A stretch of 64,000 nucleotides of DNA from Eledone cirrhosa (lineage: Eukaryota). The notes beneath the pieces are model-generated. The model saw only the letters and a program-made list of their open reading frames with translations, searched no databases and was not told the origin of the DNA. A program made the position numbers and the translations under genes. The DNA is taken from assembly GCA_964016885.1 (NCBI GenBank), contig OZ024744.1, positions 123,690,001 to 123,754,000 on the forward strand, in the 5' to 3' direction. Below are positions 12,228 through 25,312 of this stretch, in pieces. Every line of letters starts with the position of its first letter. Position 1 is the stretch's first letter.

Positions 12228-14208
12228 TAGATAGAAGGTAATGATTGAATGGGGTCCTTGCATTTAACAAGCGATTAACAAAAATACAAAATTTGTTCTG
12301 TTCAATACGACCAAAAACTTTCATATTTAACAATTAATAAATACAAAAAATGTAGATTGTTTTAGCGATAGATTGGCTATTTGGACTTGATACGAAATAT
12401 GGATTGTTTTGAAAATACGCTAGAATTAGGAAATGGGGAATTAGGATTTGTGGAGGTAGAGATGAAGGAAAATCATTACGTTACATGAATATCGTGGGGT
12501 AGACAGCAAAGCAATGAAATTTGGCGAAGTGAATTCCTATCATATATATATATATATAGAGAGAGAGAGAGGGGGGGGCGCATGATGGTTGTGTGTGTTA
12601 GGCGTTTGACCGCCCCATGCCTTCGAAGTAGCGGGTGGGGGTGGGGGGGGGTCGAGTGTAAGCGGGAGTTTCGAAAGAAGGAAGAAGGAAAGGATTTTGT
12701 TTTTTTTTGTTTTGAAAATACGCTAGAATTAGGGATTGAGGTTTGAAAATACGCTAGGAATTAAGGTTTGAAAATACGCTAGATTAGATAGAAGGTAATG
12801 ATTGAATGGGGTCCTTGCATTTAACAAGCGATTAACAAAAATACAAAATTTGTTCTGTTCAATACGACCAAAAACTTTCGTATTTAACAATTAATAAATA
12901 CAAAAAATGTAGATTGTTTTAGCGATAGATTGGCTATTTGGACTTGATACGAAATATGGATTGTTTTGAAAATACGCTAGAATTAGGAAATGGGGAATTA
13001 GGATTTGTGGAGGTAGAGATGAAGGAAAATCATTACGTTACATGAATATCGTGGGGTTGACAGCAAAGCAATGAAATTTGGCGAGTGAATTCCTATCATA
13101 TATATATATATATAGAGAGAGAGAGAGGGGGGGGGGGGCGCATGATGGTCGTGTGTGTTAGGCGTTTGACCGCCCCATGCCTTCGAAGTAGCGGGTGGGG
13201 GGGGTCGAGTGTAAGCGGGAGTTTCGAAAGAAAGAAGAAGGAAAGGATTTTGTTTTTTTTTGTTTTGAAAATACGCTAGAATTAGGGATTGAGGTTTGAA
13301 AATACGCTAGGAATTAAGGTTTGAAAATACGCTAGATTAGATAGAAGGTAATGATTGAATGGGGTCCTTGCATTTAACAAGCGATTAACAAAAATACAAA
13401 ATTTGTTCTGTTCAATACGACCAAAAACTTTCGTATTTAACAATTAATAAATACAAAAAATGTAGATTGTTTTAGCGATAGATTGGCTATTTGGACTTGA
13501 TACGAAATATGGATTGTTTTGAAAATACGCTAGAATTAGGAAATGGGGAATTAGGATTTGTGGGGGTAGAGATGAAGGAAAATCATTACGTTACATGAAT
13601 ATCGTGGGGTTGACAGCAAAGCAATGAAATTTGGCGAAGTGAATTCCTATCATATATATATATATAGAGAGAGAGAGAGGGGGGGTGGCCGCATGATGGT
13701 TGTGTGTGTTAGGCGTTTGACCGCCCCATGCCTTCGAAGTAGCGGGTGGGGGGGGTGGGGGTCGAGTGTAAGCGGGAGTTTCGAAAGAAGGAAGAAGGAA
13801 AGGATTTTGTTTTTTTTTGTTTTGAAAATACGCTAGAATTAGGGATTGAGGTTTGAAAATACGCTAGGAATTAAGGTTTGAAAATACGCTAGATTAGATA
13901 GAAGGTAATGATTGAATGGGGTCCTTGCATTTAACAAGCGATTAACAAAAATACAAAATTTGTTCTGTTCAATACGACCAAAAACTTTCGTATTTAACAA
14001 TTAATAAATACAAAAAATGTAGATTGTTTTAGCGATAGATTGGCTATTTGGACTTGATACGAAATATGGATTGTTTTGAAAATACGCTAGAATTAGGAAA
14101 TGGGGAATTAGGATTTGTGGAGGTAGAGATGAAGGAAAATCATTACGTTACATGAATATCGTGGGGTAGACAGCAAAGCAATGAAATTTGGCGAAGTGAA
14201 TTCCTATC

Positions 14209-14240
<32 letters not shown>

Positions 14241-14241
14241 G

Positions 14242-14243
<2 letters not shown>
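12228..14243. repeat. Tandem array of a ~555-bp unit, ~3.6 copies, abutting the RTE 5' end
   Basis: Units start at 12228, 12785, 13338 and 13895 and are near-identical. Each contains (AT)n(AG)n, G-runs and repeated TTTGAAAATACGCTAG. Confidence 0.93.
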
Positions 14244-14272
<29 letters not shown>

Positions 14273-14273
<1 letters not shown>

Positions 14274-14460
14274 GTAGGAGGTGAGTTTTATTGTACTACA
14301 ATAAAGCAATGCAGATATCGGATAAGAAGCACTCTTCATATCATGTCCTCCTGTTTTATCTGATGAAAACGCAAATATTATTGCATGATGATATTTGTTT
14401 TTGAAATGCGCATAATAAAATACATGGAACTCCTTTAACCATCTTTTATTCTTACATATT
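14273..14460 (+). mobile_element. Solo PLE pLTR family B fragment with 5' inverted piece
   Basis: 14335-14455 matches the pLTR at 17146-17265. 14273-14334 is the reverse complement of the downstream pLTR part. Confidence 0.85.
14354..14420 (+). ncRNA. Type I hammerhead ribozyme motif, family B
   Basis: ttttat-CTGATGA-stem II-GAAA-tgcgc-ATA-ataaaa. Confidence 0.8.
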
Positions 14461-14619
14461 ATGTATATATATATATATGTATATATATATGTATATGTAT
14501 ATATATATGTGTATATATATATGTATATGTATATATATGTATATATATATGTGTATATATATATGTATATATGTATGTATATATGTATATGTATATGTAT
14601 ATATATATATGTATATATG

Positions 14620-14652
<33 letters not shown>

Positions 14653-14711
14653 GTATATATGTATATATATATATATATGTATATATATATGTGTATATAT
14701 ATATATATTTG

Positions 14712-14742
<31 letters not shown>

Positions 14743-15061
14743 GTATATATGTATATATATATATGTATATATGTATATATATATATGTATATGTATATAT
14801 GTATATATATATATGTATATATATATATATGTATATATGTATATATATATATGTATATATATATATATGTATATATGTATATATATATATGTATATATAT
14901 ATGTATATATGTATATATATATATATGTACATATATATGTATATATATATATATGTATATATATATGTATATATATATGTATATATATATGTATATATAT
15001 ATATATATGTATATATATATGTGTATATATATATGTATATATATATATATGTATATATATG

Positions 15062-15092
<31 letters not shown>

Positions 15093-15117
15093 GTATATAT
15101 GTATATATGTATATATG

Positions 15118-15156
<39 letters not shown>

Positions 15157-15157
15157 G

Positions 15158-15553
15158 TATTGGTAAACGGAATAGAAAATGCTGACAAATTGTTCACAGT
15201 TGAAAAATGGTTTAATTAGGAATAAAAGAGTATTAGTGATTGTATGGGTTAGTATTCAGTTGTGGTTTAAAGTTTTTAAGTTTTTACCGGCTGCGCATTT
15301 CTAAATGCTTTTCAAAAATAATTTTGAGATAGAGTGTCCGTGCTGTTTGCTCTGATCAGAGCAAACAGCACGGACACTCTATCTCAAAATTATTTTTGAA
15401 AAGCATTTAGAAATGCGCAGCCGGTAAAAACTTAAAAACTTTAAACCACAACTGAATACTAACCCATACAATCACTAATACTCTTTTATTCCTAATTAAA
15501 CCATTTTTCAACTGTGAACAATTTGTCAGCATTTTCTATTCCGTTTACCAATA
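15158..15553. repeat. Perfect 396-bp palindrome with no spacer, centred on CTGA|TCAG
   Basis: The 198-bp arms are reverse complements. Centre at 15355/15356. Confidence 0.93.
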
Positions 15554-15670
15554 TATAATAACTTGTGTGTTACACCTCTATTCTTTTAACTATATATATG
15601 TATATATATATATGTATATATATATATATGTATATATATATGTATATATATATATATGTATATATATATG

Positions 15671-15701
<31 letters not shown>

Positions 15702-15767
15702 GTATATATATATGTATATATATATATGAATATATATATATATATGTATATATATATGTATATATGA

Positions 15768-15799
<32 letters not shown>

Positions 15800-15837
15800 G
15801 TATATATATTTATATATGTATATATATTTATATATGT

Positions 15838-16135
15838 CATCATCATCATCATCATCAACGTTTAACGTCCGTGTTCCACGCTTGCATGGGTTTGGACGGG
15901 GGTAGTCCCACTTGAGGCAAGAGTGATTGTCTTGCTCGCATAGGACTGTCTGGCAGGTTTTCTACAGTTGGATGCCCTTCCTAACACCAACCACATTTAC
16001 AGTGTGGGTCTGGGAGGTTTTTACCGTGTTGCCTACACGGCCACATTACAGCGTGGACTGTGTGTTTTTTTGTCGTGACACCTACACGATCTCATTTGTT
16101 TCGGCCTCGATGGCGCGGCACCAACATAACTTTAC
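15838..16135 (-). mobile_element. RTE family 1, 3' stub
   Basis: Near-identical to 8441-8730, with a (CAT)n tail. Confidence 0.9.
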
Positions 16136-16150
16136 ATATATATATATATG

Positions 16151-16181
<31 letters not shown>

Positions 16182-16228
16182 GTATATATATATATGTATA
16201 TATATGTATATATATATATATATGTATG

Positions 16229-16261
<33 letters not shown>

Positions 16262-16272
16262 GTATATATATG

Positions 16273-16363
<91 letters not shown>

Positions 16364-16454
16364 GTATATATATGTATGTGTATATATATGTATGTATATA
16401 TATGTATGTGTATATATATGTATGTATATATATGTATGTGTATATATATGTATG

Positions 16455-16507
<53 letters not shown>

Positions 16508-16600
16508 GTATATATATGTATATATATATATATATGTATATATATGTATATATATATATATATGTATGTTTATATATATATATATATGTATGTTTATATG

Positions 16601-16631
<31 letters not shown>

Positions 16632-16846
16632 GTATATATGTATATGTATATATATATGTATATATATATATATGTATATGTATATATGTATATGTATATA
16701 TATATGTATATATATATATATATATGTATATGTATATATGTATATGTATATATATATGTATATATATGTATATGTATATGTATATATGTATATGTATATA
16801 TATGTATATGTATATGTATATATGTATATGTATATATATATATATG

Positions 16847-16879
<33 letters not shown>

Positions 16880-16886
16880 GTATATG

Positions 16887-16919
<33 letters not shown>

Positions 16920-17164
16920 GTATATGTAAATGTAGGAGGTGAGTTTTATTGTAGTACAATAAAGCAATGCAGATATCGGATAAGAAGCACTCTACAGTTT
17001 GTGGGACTGGAGTATGCATAATATAAGATCAAAAGATGGTTAATGGTCTCTAAATAAAATATTTTTCCCAATATCACACATCAATCTAAAACCACTTTTC
17101 ATATGTTGATTTAAAACTGCACTATCAACAAGTGTTTTTTTAGCCTTCATATCATGTTCTCCTG

Positions 17165-17231
17165 TTTTATCTGATGAAAACACAAATATTATTGTTTGAT
17201 GATGTTTGTTTTTGAAATGCGCATAATAAAA
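17165..17231 (+). ncRNA. Type I hammerhead ribozyme, family B (5' pLTR)
   Basis: Stem I ttttat/ataaaa, CTGATGA, ~36-nt stem II hairpin, GAAA, palindromic helix III ATGCGCAT, AUA site. Confidence 0.85.
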
Positions 17232-17377
17232 TATATTGAACTCCTTTAACCATCTTTTGATCTTATATTATGCATACTCCAGTCCCACAAACTGTAGAGT
17301 GCTTCTTATCCGATATCTGCATTGCTTTATTGTACTACAATAAAACTCACCTCCTACATTTACTTGCTCCTTAACGG

Positions 17378-19840
17378 TTGAGCGCTTACTCTCATATTGG
17401 ATACCTTTTGATGGTCCTTCACCTCTTCTTCTACAACATGGATTATTACAACATAACCAATTCTACTAAAGACATTCCTATACCTGGTAAATCTGAATTC
17501 ACCAAACTTCTTATTGAAAAAACTGACTCCTTCGTAAGAAGACTTAGATGGACAGCCTATTTCTATGACCAGCGCCTAAAAGGGAACTTTCATACCAAAG
17601 AACACAACTTCCTCGATCATCTTTTTAATTCCAGACGAAATCCTCCTTCCAACAAAAATCTAGCACAATTCGAGGAAGAATTAACTAAAATTATAAAAAA
17701 TCTTAAATTCAAGAGATACCCTTACAAAGGACAAGAGCACCTTGTAAATCTCAAGAACACAATCTCTAACCTAAATTCCTCAAAAAATGTTTTAGTCCAC
17801 TCTGACAAAACCAATAACCTATATGGTATTTCCAAGGATAATTATAACAACCTTATCCTAAAGGAACTTAGGAAAAAGTATCGTAAAACCAACCATGAAA
17901 ATTTAGAATGCATAAACCTTGAAGCCTATGAGATTATGTCAAAACTTGGCATTGAAAAAAAGACCGAACCATTCCTCCCAAGAACTCCGAGGATAAATCT
18001 CAAGGATCACAAAAACAATTTTCGCACTGAACTACCTGTTAGATTAATCGCCCCCTCTAAATCTGATCTGGGGGTTGTTAGTAAAGCCATCTTGGATAGG
18101 ATTATCCCACAGGTTAGTTCTAATTGCTCTTCTTTAAACCTAAATTTATGGTTTGGTACTTCTGAAGTGATTGGCTGGTTCAACAAATTGGATAATAAAA
18201 ACAAACTAAAATTTATTCAATTCGATATTGCCAGCTACTATTCCTCCATTTCGCCTTCACTTCTCAATAATGCTCTATCTTTCGCACTTAAATATTCTGA
18301 CATCACCACAGATGAACTTCACATCATCCTCACCGCACGTAAAACCATCCTAGAGTTCAACAACGAATATTGGACCAGAGCCGATACCTCTAACAACTTC
18401 GACATCACAATGGGAGCATCCGATTCATCCCAATTGACTGATTTAATTGGTATCTTCATTTTGAACTCTTTGAGTCGGAAAATTCCTCAACTTCGCGGTG
18501 GAATTTATCGTGACGATGGACTCTTTACTATCCTAAATTGCAATATAGTTAAACTTAATATTATTAAGAACAATATACGTAATCTCTTTAACCAACATAA
18601 CCTAAAAATTGAATTTGATAATAGTACCAAACTAGCTAATTTCTTGGATGTATCTCTTAATCTTGACACTGGCCTATATTACCCTTACCATAAAAACAAT
18701 GAGAATCTTAATTATGTTAACTTTAAATCTAACCATCCTACCAATATCAAGAATGCTATAGTTAATAATATTGGAAATAGAATATCTAACATATCTTCTA
18801 ATAAAAACATCTTTGATGCTAACGCCAATTACTATAATAACGCACTTTCTAAAGCTGGCTATCCAGATAAAATCAAATATAATAAAGAAACAAATTCTAG
18901 GAAAACTTACAGTAGAATATTTAATCATAACCATTCCAATAATTTTAATAAAAGACCTAGATACAAAAACATAATCTGGTATAATGCTCCTTTCTCCATC
19001 TCTATTAATAACAATATTCCTAAATTATTTTTTAGTGCCTTAAATAAATGCTTCCCTCCCTCACATATCTATAGTAAAATATTTAACAAACACACCATTA
19101 AATTTTCGTATTCTACATCCTCCAATATTTCCAACATCATTTCTAAACACAACAACAAAATATTAAATACTAAATCTCTTCCTTCCAATATTGAATCTCA
19201 TAATAACAATAATAGTACTCCTGACGTCATTGTAAACCCTAGGCTAACTTCTGTAAACCCAAATACAACGTCAAACACAACTTCGCTAAATGTTCATAAT
19301 CCAACTCTAAATCAAGAAACTATTATTCCTATTATTCCTATCGCAAACAACTTCTCCAATCCAATTCCTTCTATAGATAACACTAGATCACTCATTAATA
19401 ATCTCTCTAATTGCAACTGCCGCATTAAAAATAAATGTCCTCTCAACAACCATTGCCTCGATAAAAACTTAATTTATGAATGTAAAATTATAACTAGCAC
19501 CAACTCCTTCACCTATTTTGGCTCCACTTCCACCTCTTTTAAAGCTCGTCTCTATAATCATCATTCATCTTTCAAATACAAACTTAAAAGAACTAACACT
19601 GCTCTCTCAGAACTCATATGGTCCTTAAAAGACAAAAACATTAAATATAACATCTTTTGGAAAAAGATTTCTTCTGCATCCTCGTACTTGAACAGTTCTC
19701 TATCTAAAATCTGTAATCTCTGCCTAAATGAAAAATTTACCATTATCTCTAACCTAGAATCCATAATAAATAGACGCTCGGATTTGTTTTCCATCTGCCT
19801 TCATAAATTCCATAGAACTTTTCACAAAGTATACAGTTAA
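17378..19840 (+). CDS. PLE reverse transcriptase plus C-terminal GIY-YIG endonuclease (start probably ATG 17411 or 17438)
   Basis: RT motifs SDKT, FIQFDIASYYSSI, MGASDS, YRDDG, FLDVSL. Linker IIWYNAPF and CNCR..CPL..C. Endonuclease LIY..YFGST..FKAR..H and CNLCLNEK. Intact frame. Confidence 0.92.
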   Translation: MSAYSHIGYLLMVLHLFFYNMDYYNITNSTKDIPIPGKSEFTKLLIEKTDSFVRRLRWTAYFYDQRLKGNFHTKEHNFLDHLFNSRRNPPSNKNLAQFEEELTKIIKNLKFKRYPYKGQEHLVNLKNTISNLNSSKNVLVHSDKTNNLYGISKDNYNNLILKELRKKYRKTNHENLECINLEAYEIMSKLGIEKKTEPFLPRTPRINLKDHKNNFRTELPVRLIAPSKSDLGVVSKAILDRIIPQVSSNCSSLNLNLWFGTSEVIGWFNKLDNKNKLKFIQFDIASYYSSISPSLLNNALSFALKYSDITTDELHIILTARKTILEFNNEYWTRADTSNNFDITMGASDSSQLTDLIGIFILNSLSRKIPQLRGGIYRDDGLFTILNCNIVKLNIIKNNIRNLFNQHNLKIEFDNSTKLANFLDVSLNLDTGLYYPYHKNNENLNYVNFKSNHPTNIKNAIVNNIGNRISNISSNKNIFDANANYYNNALSKAGYPDKIKYNKETNSRKTYSRIFNHNHSNNFNKRPRYKNIIWYNAPFSISINNNIPKLFFSALNKCFPPSHIYSKIFNKHTIKFSYSTSSNISNIISKHNNKILNTKSLPSNIESHNNNNSTPDVIVNPRLTSVNPNTTSNTTSLNVHNPTLNQETIIPIIPIANNFSNPIPSIDNTRSLINNLSNCNCRIKNKCPLNNHCLDKNLIYECKIITSTNSFTYFGSTSTSFKARLYNHHSSFKYKLKRTNTALSELIWSLKDKNIKYNIFWKKISSASSYLNSSLSKICNLCLNEKFTIISNLESIINRRSDLFSICLHKFHRTFHKVYS

Positions 19841-19895
19841 TATTCAATTCTTTATCAATTTAGAATCTTTTCTCAAAGGCACATATACATACACC

Positions 19896-20333
19896 TCTTT
19901 AAAATATACCCATCTACCTTACTTTAAAGGGCATTATACACTCTATAGTACTCGTTTATTCATTTACCTCATCCTATCTTCTCGTAAAACAATAACATTT
20001 GTTTTTGACATTTTGAATATTCATCCGCAATCATTATTATTTTTTTTTTCCCTCTATCATAAATCTTTTTAATCTCAATTTCATCCTTAATTTATTATTA
20101 TATATATTTTTTTTAATATATACTCATATATTCTTTAAAATATACCCATCTACCTTACTTTAAAGGGCATTATACACTCTATAATACCCGTTTACTCATC
20201 ACCCTCATTATATCTCTTCGTAAAACAATAACATTTGTTTTTGACATTTTGAGTATTCATCCGCAATCATTATTATTTTTTCTCTCTATCATAAATCTTT
20301 TTAATCTCAATTTCATCCTTAATTTATTATTAT
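19896..20333. repeat. ~236-bp tandem duplication in the PLE 3' UTR
   Basis: tctttaaaatatacccatctacc... at 19896 and 20132. Further duplicated blocks at 20.5-20.9 kb. Confidence 0.8.
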
Positions 20334-21062
20334 TATTTTTTTCTCCCCATCAACAAACTCATTATTAATACATATGAATTCAATATAAATTTTTCTCAAA
20401 TCCTATACATAAACATTTTCTCTTTGCTAATTTTAAGATTCCTACATTTCTCCTTTTGAATATTCACCCACAATTATTATTTTTTTCTCTCTATCTCCAT
20501 ACATAATCTCCCTTCGTTATTTTTTTCTCTCTATCTCCATACATAATTTCCCTTCGTTAATTTTCAAATTCCTTTAATTTATACATTATCTTCCAACGGT
20601 TCCCAACCTCTCTATATTAAAACATTATATCTTTTTCTCAGTTATAAAAACTATCTCTTTCTCTCTATCACCCATCTCTCCCTTTCCACCTTCACTCTCA
20701 TCTCCTCCCCTTTTTTTTTCATCCTTTCCACCCCCACCCCTCCCTAAATATAATATATTTTTTCCTCGCACATATCCTCCCTTCGTTAATTTTCAAAATT
20801 TTTAATTTATACAGTATCTTCCAACGGTTTTCAACCCCTCTATATAATATATATCTCCTCTCTGTTATAAAAACTATCTCTTTCTCTCTATCACCCATCT
20901 CTCCCTCTCATCTCCTTCCCTTTTCATCCTTTTCTCTCCCCCCCTCTCTAAATAAAATATTTTTCCCAATATCACACATCAATCTAAAACCACTTTTCAT
21001 ATGTTGATTTAAAACTGCACTATCAACAAGTGTTTTTTTAGCCTTCATATCATGTTCTCCTG

Positions 21063-21129
21063 TTTTATCTGATGAAAACACAAATATTATTGTTTGATGA
21101 TGTTTGTTTTTGAAATGCGCATAATAAAA
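21063..21129 (+). ncRNA. Type I hammerhead ribozyme, family B (3' pLTR)
   Basis: Same sequence as 17165-17231. Confidence 0.85.
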
Positions 21130-21175
21130 TATATTGAACTCCTTTAACCATCTTTTGATCTTATATATGTATATG

Positions 21176-21214
<39 letters not shown>

Positions 21215-21293
21215 ATGTATATGTATATATGTATATGTATATATATATGTATATATATATATATATGTATATGTATATGTATATATGTATATG

Positions 21294-21326
<33 letters not shown>

Positions 21327-21343
21327 GTATATGTATATATATG

Positions 21344-21374
<31 letters not shown>

Positions 21375-21475
21375 GTCTATATATATATATGTATATATAT
21401 ATATATGTATATATATATATGTCTATATATATATATGTATATATATATGTATATATATATATATATGTATACATA

Positions 21476-21509
<34 letters not shown>

Positions 21510-21568
21510 CATATATATATATACATATATATATATACATATATATATATATACATATATATATATAC

Positions 21569-21617
<49 letters not shown>

Positions 21618-21618
21618 C

Positions 21619-21651
<33 letters not shown>

Positions 21652-21820
21652 CATATATATATGTATATATATATATATATATATATGTAGATAAATCTAC
21701 CAAGAGTTTACGGTAGTGTCCAATCCGTATGAAGAACTCAATGTATTCCGGATATCATGGAAAGAAGAGATGTAATGAAAAACCACTTTCGGTGAAAGAT
21801 AAACGGTATACAGAGTCAAG

Positions 21821-22215
21821 ATAAAATATTAAACAAATAATGAATGAACAATTCCTTATATTAAACAAAAAAAGTTCATTATTTAACGATCGTTTCTAGG
21901 ATATATATGTGTTAGAATTGGTATGCATATTCAACAGATCTATGTACAAAATTATACAAAATTATACAAATTATCAAGATTAAATATACATACCAAACAC
22001 ATATATACGCCGTCTTCTGAAGACGGCGTATATATGTGTTTGGTATGTATATTTAATCTTGATAATTTGTATAATTTTGTATAATTTTGTACATAGATCT
22101 GTTGAATATGCATACCAATTCTAACACATATATATCCTAGAAACGATCGTTAAATAATGAACTTTTTTTGTTTAATATAAGGAATTGTTTATTCATTATT
22201 TGTTTAATATTTTAT
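21821..22215. repeat. Perfect palindrome of pLTR family H, centre 22018 inside the hammerhead core CTGAAGA
   Basis: gtcttc-t-gaagac centre, ~197-bp arms. The left arm extends uniquely to 21687. Confidence 0.92.
22017..22161 (+). ncRNA. Family H hammerhead lacking the 5' strand of stem I
   Basis: CTGAAGA, 116-nt hairpin, GAAA-cgatcg-TT-aaataatgaa. Confidence 0.6.
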
Positions 22216-22239
22216 ATATATGTATACATATATATATAC

Positions 22240-22270
<31 letters not shown>

Positions 22271-22314
22271 CATATATATATGTATATATATATATATATA
22301 TATATGTATACATA

Positions 22315-22346
<32 letters not shown>

Positions 22347-22349
22347 CAC

Positions 22350-22393
<44 letters not shown>

Positions 22394-22411
22394 ACATATA
22401 TATATATACAC

Positions 22412-22457
<46 letters not shown>

Positions 22458-22499
22458 ACATATATATATATATACATATATATATACACATATATATAT

Positions 22500-22540
<41 letters not shown>

Positions 22541-22543
22541 TAT

Positions 22544-22718
22544 AATTGTTTCTACTTTAGTTACCCAGTGCATTACTGGTACTTTATTTTATCGACCCCG
22601 TAAGGATGAAAGGCAAAGTCAACCTCGGCGGGATTTGAACTCAGATCGTAAAGGGACATAACTATGCTGGAAAGCATGGCGTCCGATCCTCCACCGATAC
22701 TGCCAATCCACCGCCCTC
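22544..22718 (-). mobile_element. tRNA-derived SINE (head plus conserved body), 3' part missing
   Basis: Minus strand has A-box-like TGGCAGTATCGG and B-box GAGTTCAAATC, followed by gactttgcctttcatcc..ggggtcgataaaataaagtaccagt. This resembles cephalopod SINE bodies (from memory). Confidence 0.75.
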
Positions 22719-22720
22719 TA

Positions 22721-22782
<62 letters not shown>

Positions 22783-22841
22783 CATACATACATATATATA
22801 TATACATATATATATATATACATAAATATATATATATATAC

Positions 22842-22900
<59 letters not shown>

Positions 22901-22989
22901 CATAAATATATATATATATACATATATATATATACATATATATATAACTAAATATATATATATATACATACATATTTATATATATATAC

Positions 22990-23024
<35 letters not shown>

Positions 23025-23131
23025 CATATATATATACATACATATATATATATACATATATATATATACATATATATATATACATATATATATATACGTA
23101 TATATATACATACATATATATATATACATAC

Positions 23132-23172
<41 letters not shown>

Positions 23173-23180
<8 letters not shown>

Positions 23181-23258
23181 CATGATGATATTTGTTTTTG
23201 AAATGCGCATAATAAAATACATGGAACTCTTTTAACCATCTTTTGTTCTTATATATTA
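23173..23258 (+). mobile_element. Family B pLTR stub containing only the 3' half of the hammerhead
   Basis: Matches 14376-14460. Confidence 0.85.
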
Positions 23259-23379
23259 TGTATATATATATATATATACACATATATATATATAGACACA
23301 TATATATATATACACATATATATATATATACACATATATATATATATACACATATATATATACATACACATATATATAT

Positions 23380-23448
<69 letters not shown>

Positions 23449-23453
23449 CATAC

Positions 23454-23502
<49 letters not shown>

Positions 23503-23587
23503 CATATATATATATACACATATATATATATATATACACATATATATATATATACACATATATATATATATACACATATATATATAC

Positions 23588-23618
<31 letters not shown>

Positions 23619-23631
23619 CATATATATATAC

Positions 23632-23710
<79 letters not shown>

Positions 23711-23773
23711 CATATATACATATATATATACACATATATATATATACATATATATTTACATATATATATATAC

Positions 23774-23806
<33 letters not shown>

Positions 23807-23826
23807 CATTTATATATATATGTACA

Positions 23827-23858
<32 letters not shown>

Positions 23859-23871
23859 CATATATATATAT

Positions 23872-23928
<57 letters not shown>

Positions 23929-23951
23929 CATATATATATACATATATATAC

Positions 23952-24004
<53 letters not shown>

Positions 24005-24053
24005 CATATATATACATATATATACATATATATACATATATATATATATACAC

Positions 24054-24084
<31 letters not shown>

Positions 24085-24085
24085 C

Positions 24086-24116
<31 letters not shown>

Positions 24117-24117
24117 C

Positions 24118-24196
24118 ATAATATATAAGAACAAAAGATGGTTAAAAGAGTTCCATGTATTTTATTATGCGCATTTCAAAAACAAATATCATCATG

Positions 24197-24203
<7 letters not shown>
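24118..24203 (-). mobile_element. Family B pLTR stub, inverted copy of 23173-23258
   Basis: Reverse complement with the same endpoints. Confidence 0.85.
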
Positions 24204-24271
<68 letters not shown>

Positions 24272-24336
24272 GTATGTATATATATATGTATGTATATATA
24301 TATGTATGTATATATATATGTATGTATATATATATG

Positions 24337-24367
<31 letters not shown>

Positions 24368-24522
24368 GTATGTATATATATATGTATGTATATATATATG
24401 TATGTATATATATATGTATGTATATATATACGTATGTATATATATACGTATATATATATATGTATATATATATATGTATATATATATATGTATGTATATA
24501 TATATGTATGTATATATATATG

Positions 24523-24575
<53 letters not shown>

Positions 24576-24696
24576 GTATGTATATATATATATATGTATA
24601 TATATATATGTATATATATATATGTATGTATATATATATATATGTATATATATATATGTATGTATATATATATATATGTATATATATATATGTATG

Positions 24697-24727
<31 letters not shown>

Positions 24728-24748
24728 GTATATATATATATGTATATA

Positions 24749-24862
24749 TAACTTTGAATAACTTTGAATAACTTTGAAATGTTTTGGCCAGTATTGGCCC
24801 AGGCCATGTCTAACTTAATAGCACCACCTGGCGAAGTCTTTCAATTCAGGATTTGGGCACCA
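24749..24862 (-). mobile_element. 3' terminus of a second CR1-group LINE with (TTCAAAGTTA)3 tail
   Basis: Overlaps in sequence with the 3' end of 29268-29649. Confidence 0.75.
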
Positions 24863-25092
24863 TATATATATATATGTATGTATATATATATATATGTATA
24901 TATATATATGTATGTATATATATATATATGTATATATATATATGTATGTATATATATATATATGTATATATATATATGTATGTATATATATATATATGTA
25001 TATATATATATGTATGTATGTATATATATATATATGTATATATATATATGTATGTATGTATATATATATATATGTATATATATATATGTATG

Positions 25093-25173
<81 letters not shown>

Positions 25174-25251
25174 GTATATATATATATATGTATATATATA
25201 TATGTATGTATATATATATATATACATGTATATATATATATGTATGTATAT

Positions 25252-25292
<41 letters not shown>

Positions 25293-25312
25293 TGTATGTA
25301 TATATATATATT

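Larger units (their letters stand above)
16927..21165 (+). mobile_element. Full-length Penelope-like element: inverted partial pLTR, 5' pLTR, ORF, long 3' UTR, 3' pLTR
   Basis: Direct repeats at 17047-17267 and 20945-21165. Inverted copy at 16927-17043. RT-GIY-YIG ORF between the repeats. TA tracts on both sides. Confidence 0.92.

Noticed and set aside
9018-12230. Plus-strand ORFs antisense to RTE (also in the other RTE copies)
   Set aside because: Antisense shadows of the RT ORF with no recognisable domains.
12228-14243. Ribozyme within the 555-bp unit
   Set aside because: No CTGANGA..GAAA arrangement or convincing HDV fold found by eye on either strand.
15158-15553. MITE or DNA transposon interpretation of the palindromes
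   Set aside because: The other palindromes in the window have arms that occur as PLE pLTRs and are asymmetric in extent, and no transposase is present. Not fully excluded for this one.
22620-22718. tRNA gene
   Set aside because: A/B boxes are present but there is no cloverleaf. Better explained as a SINE head.
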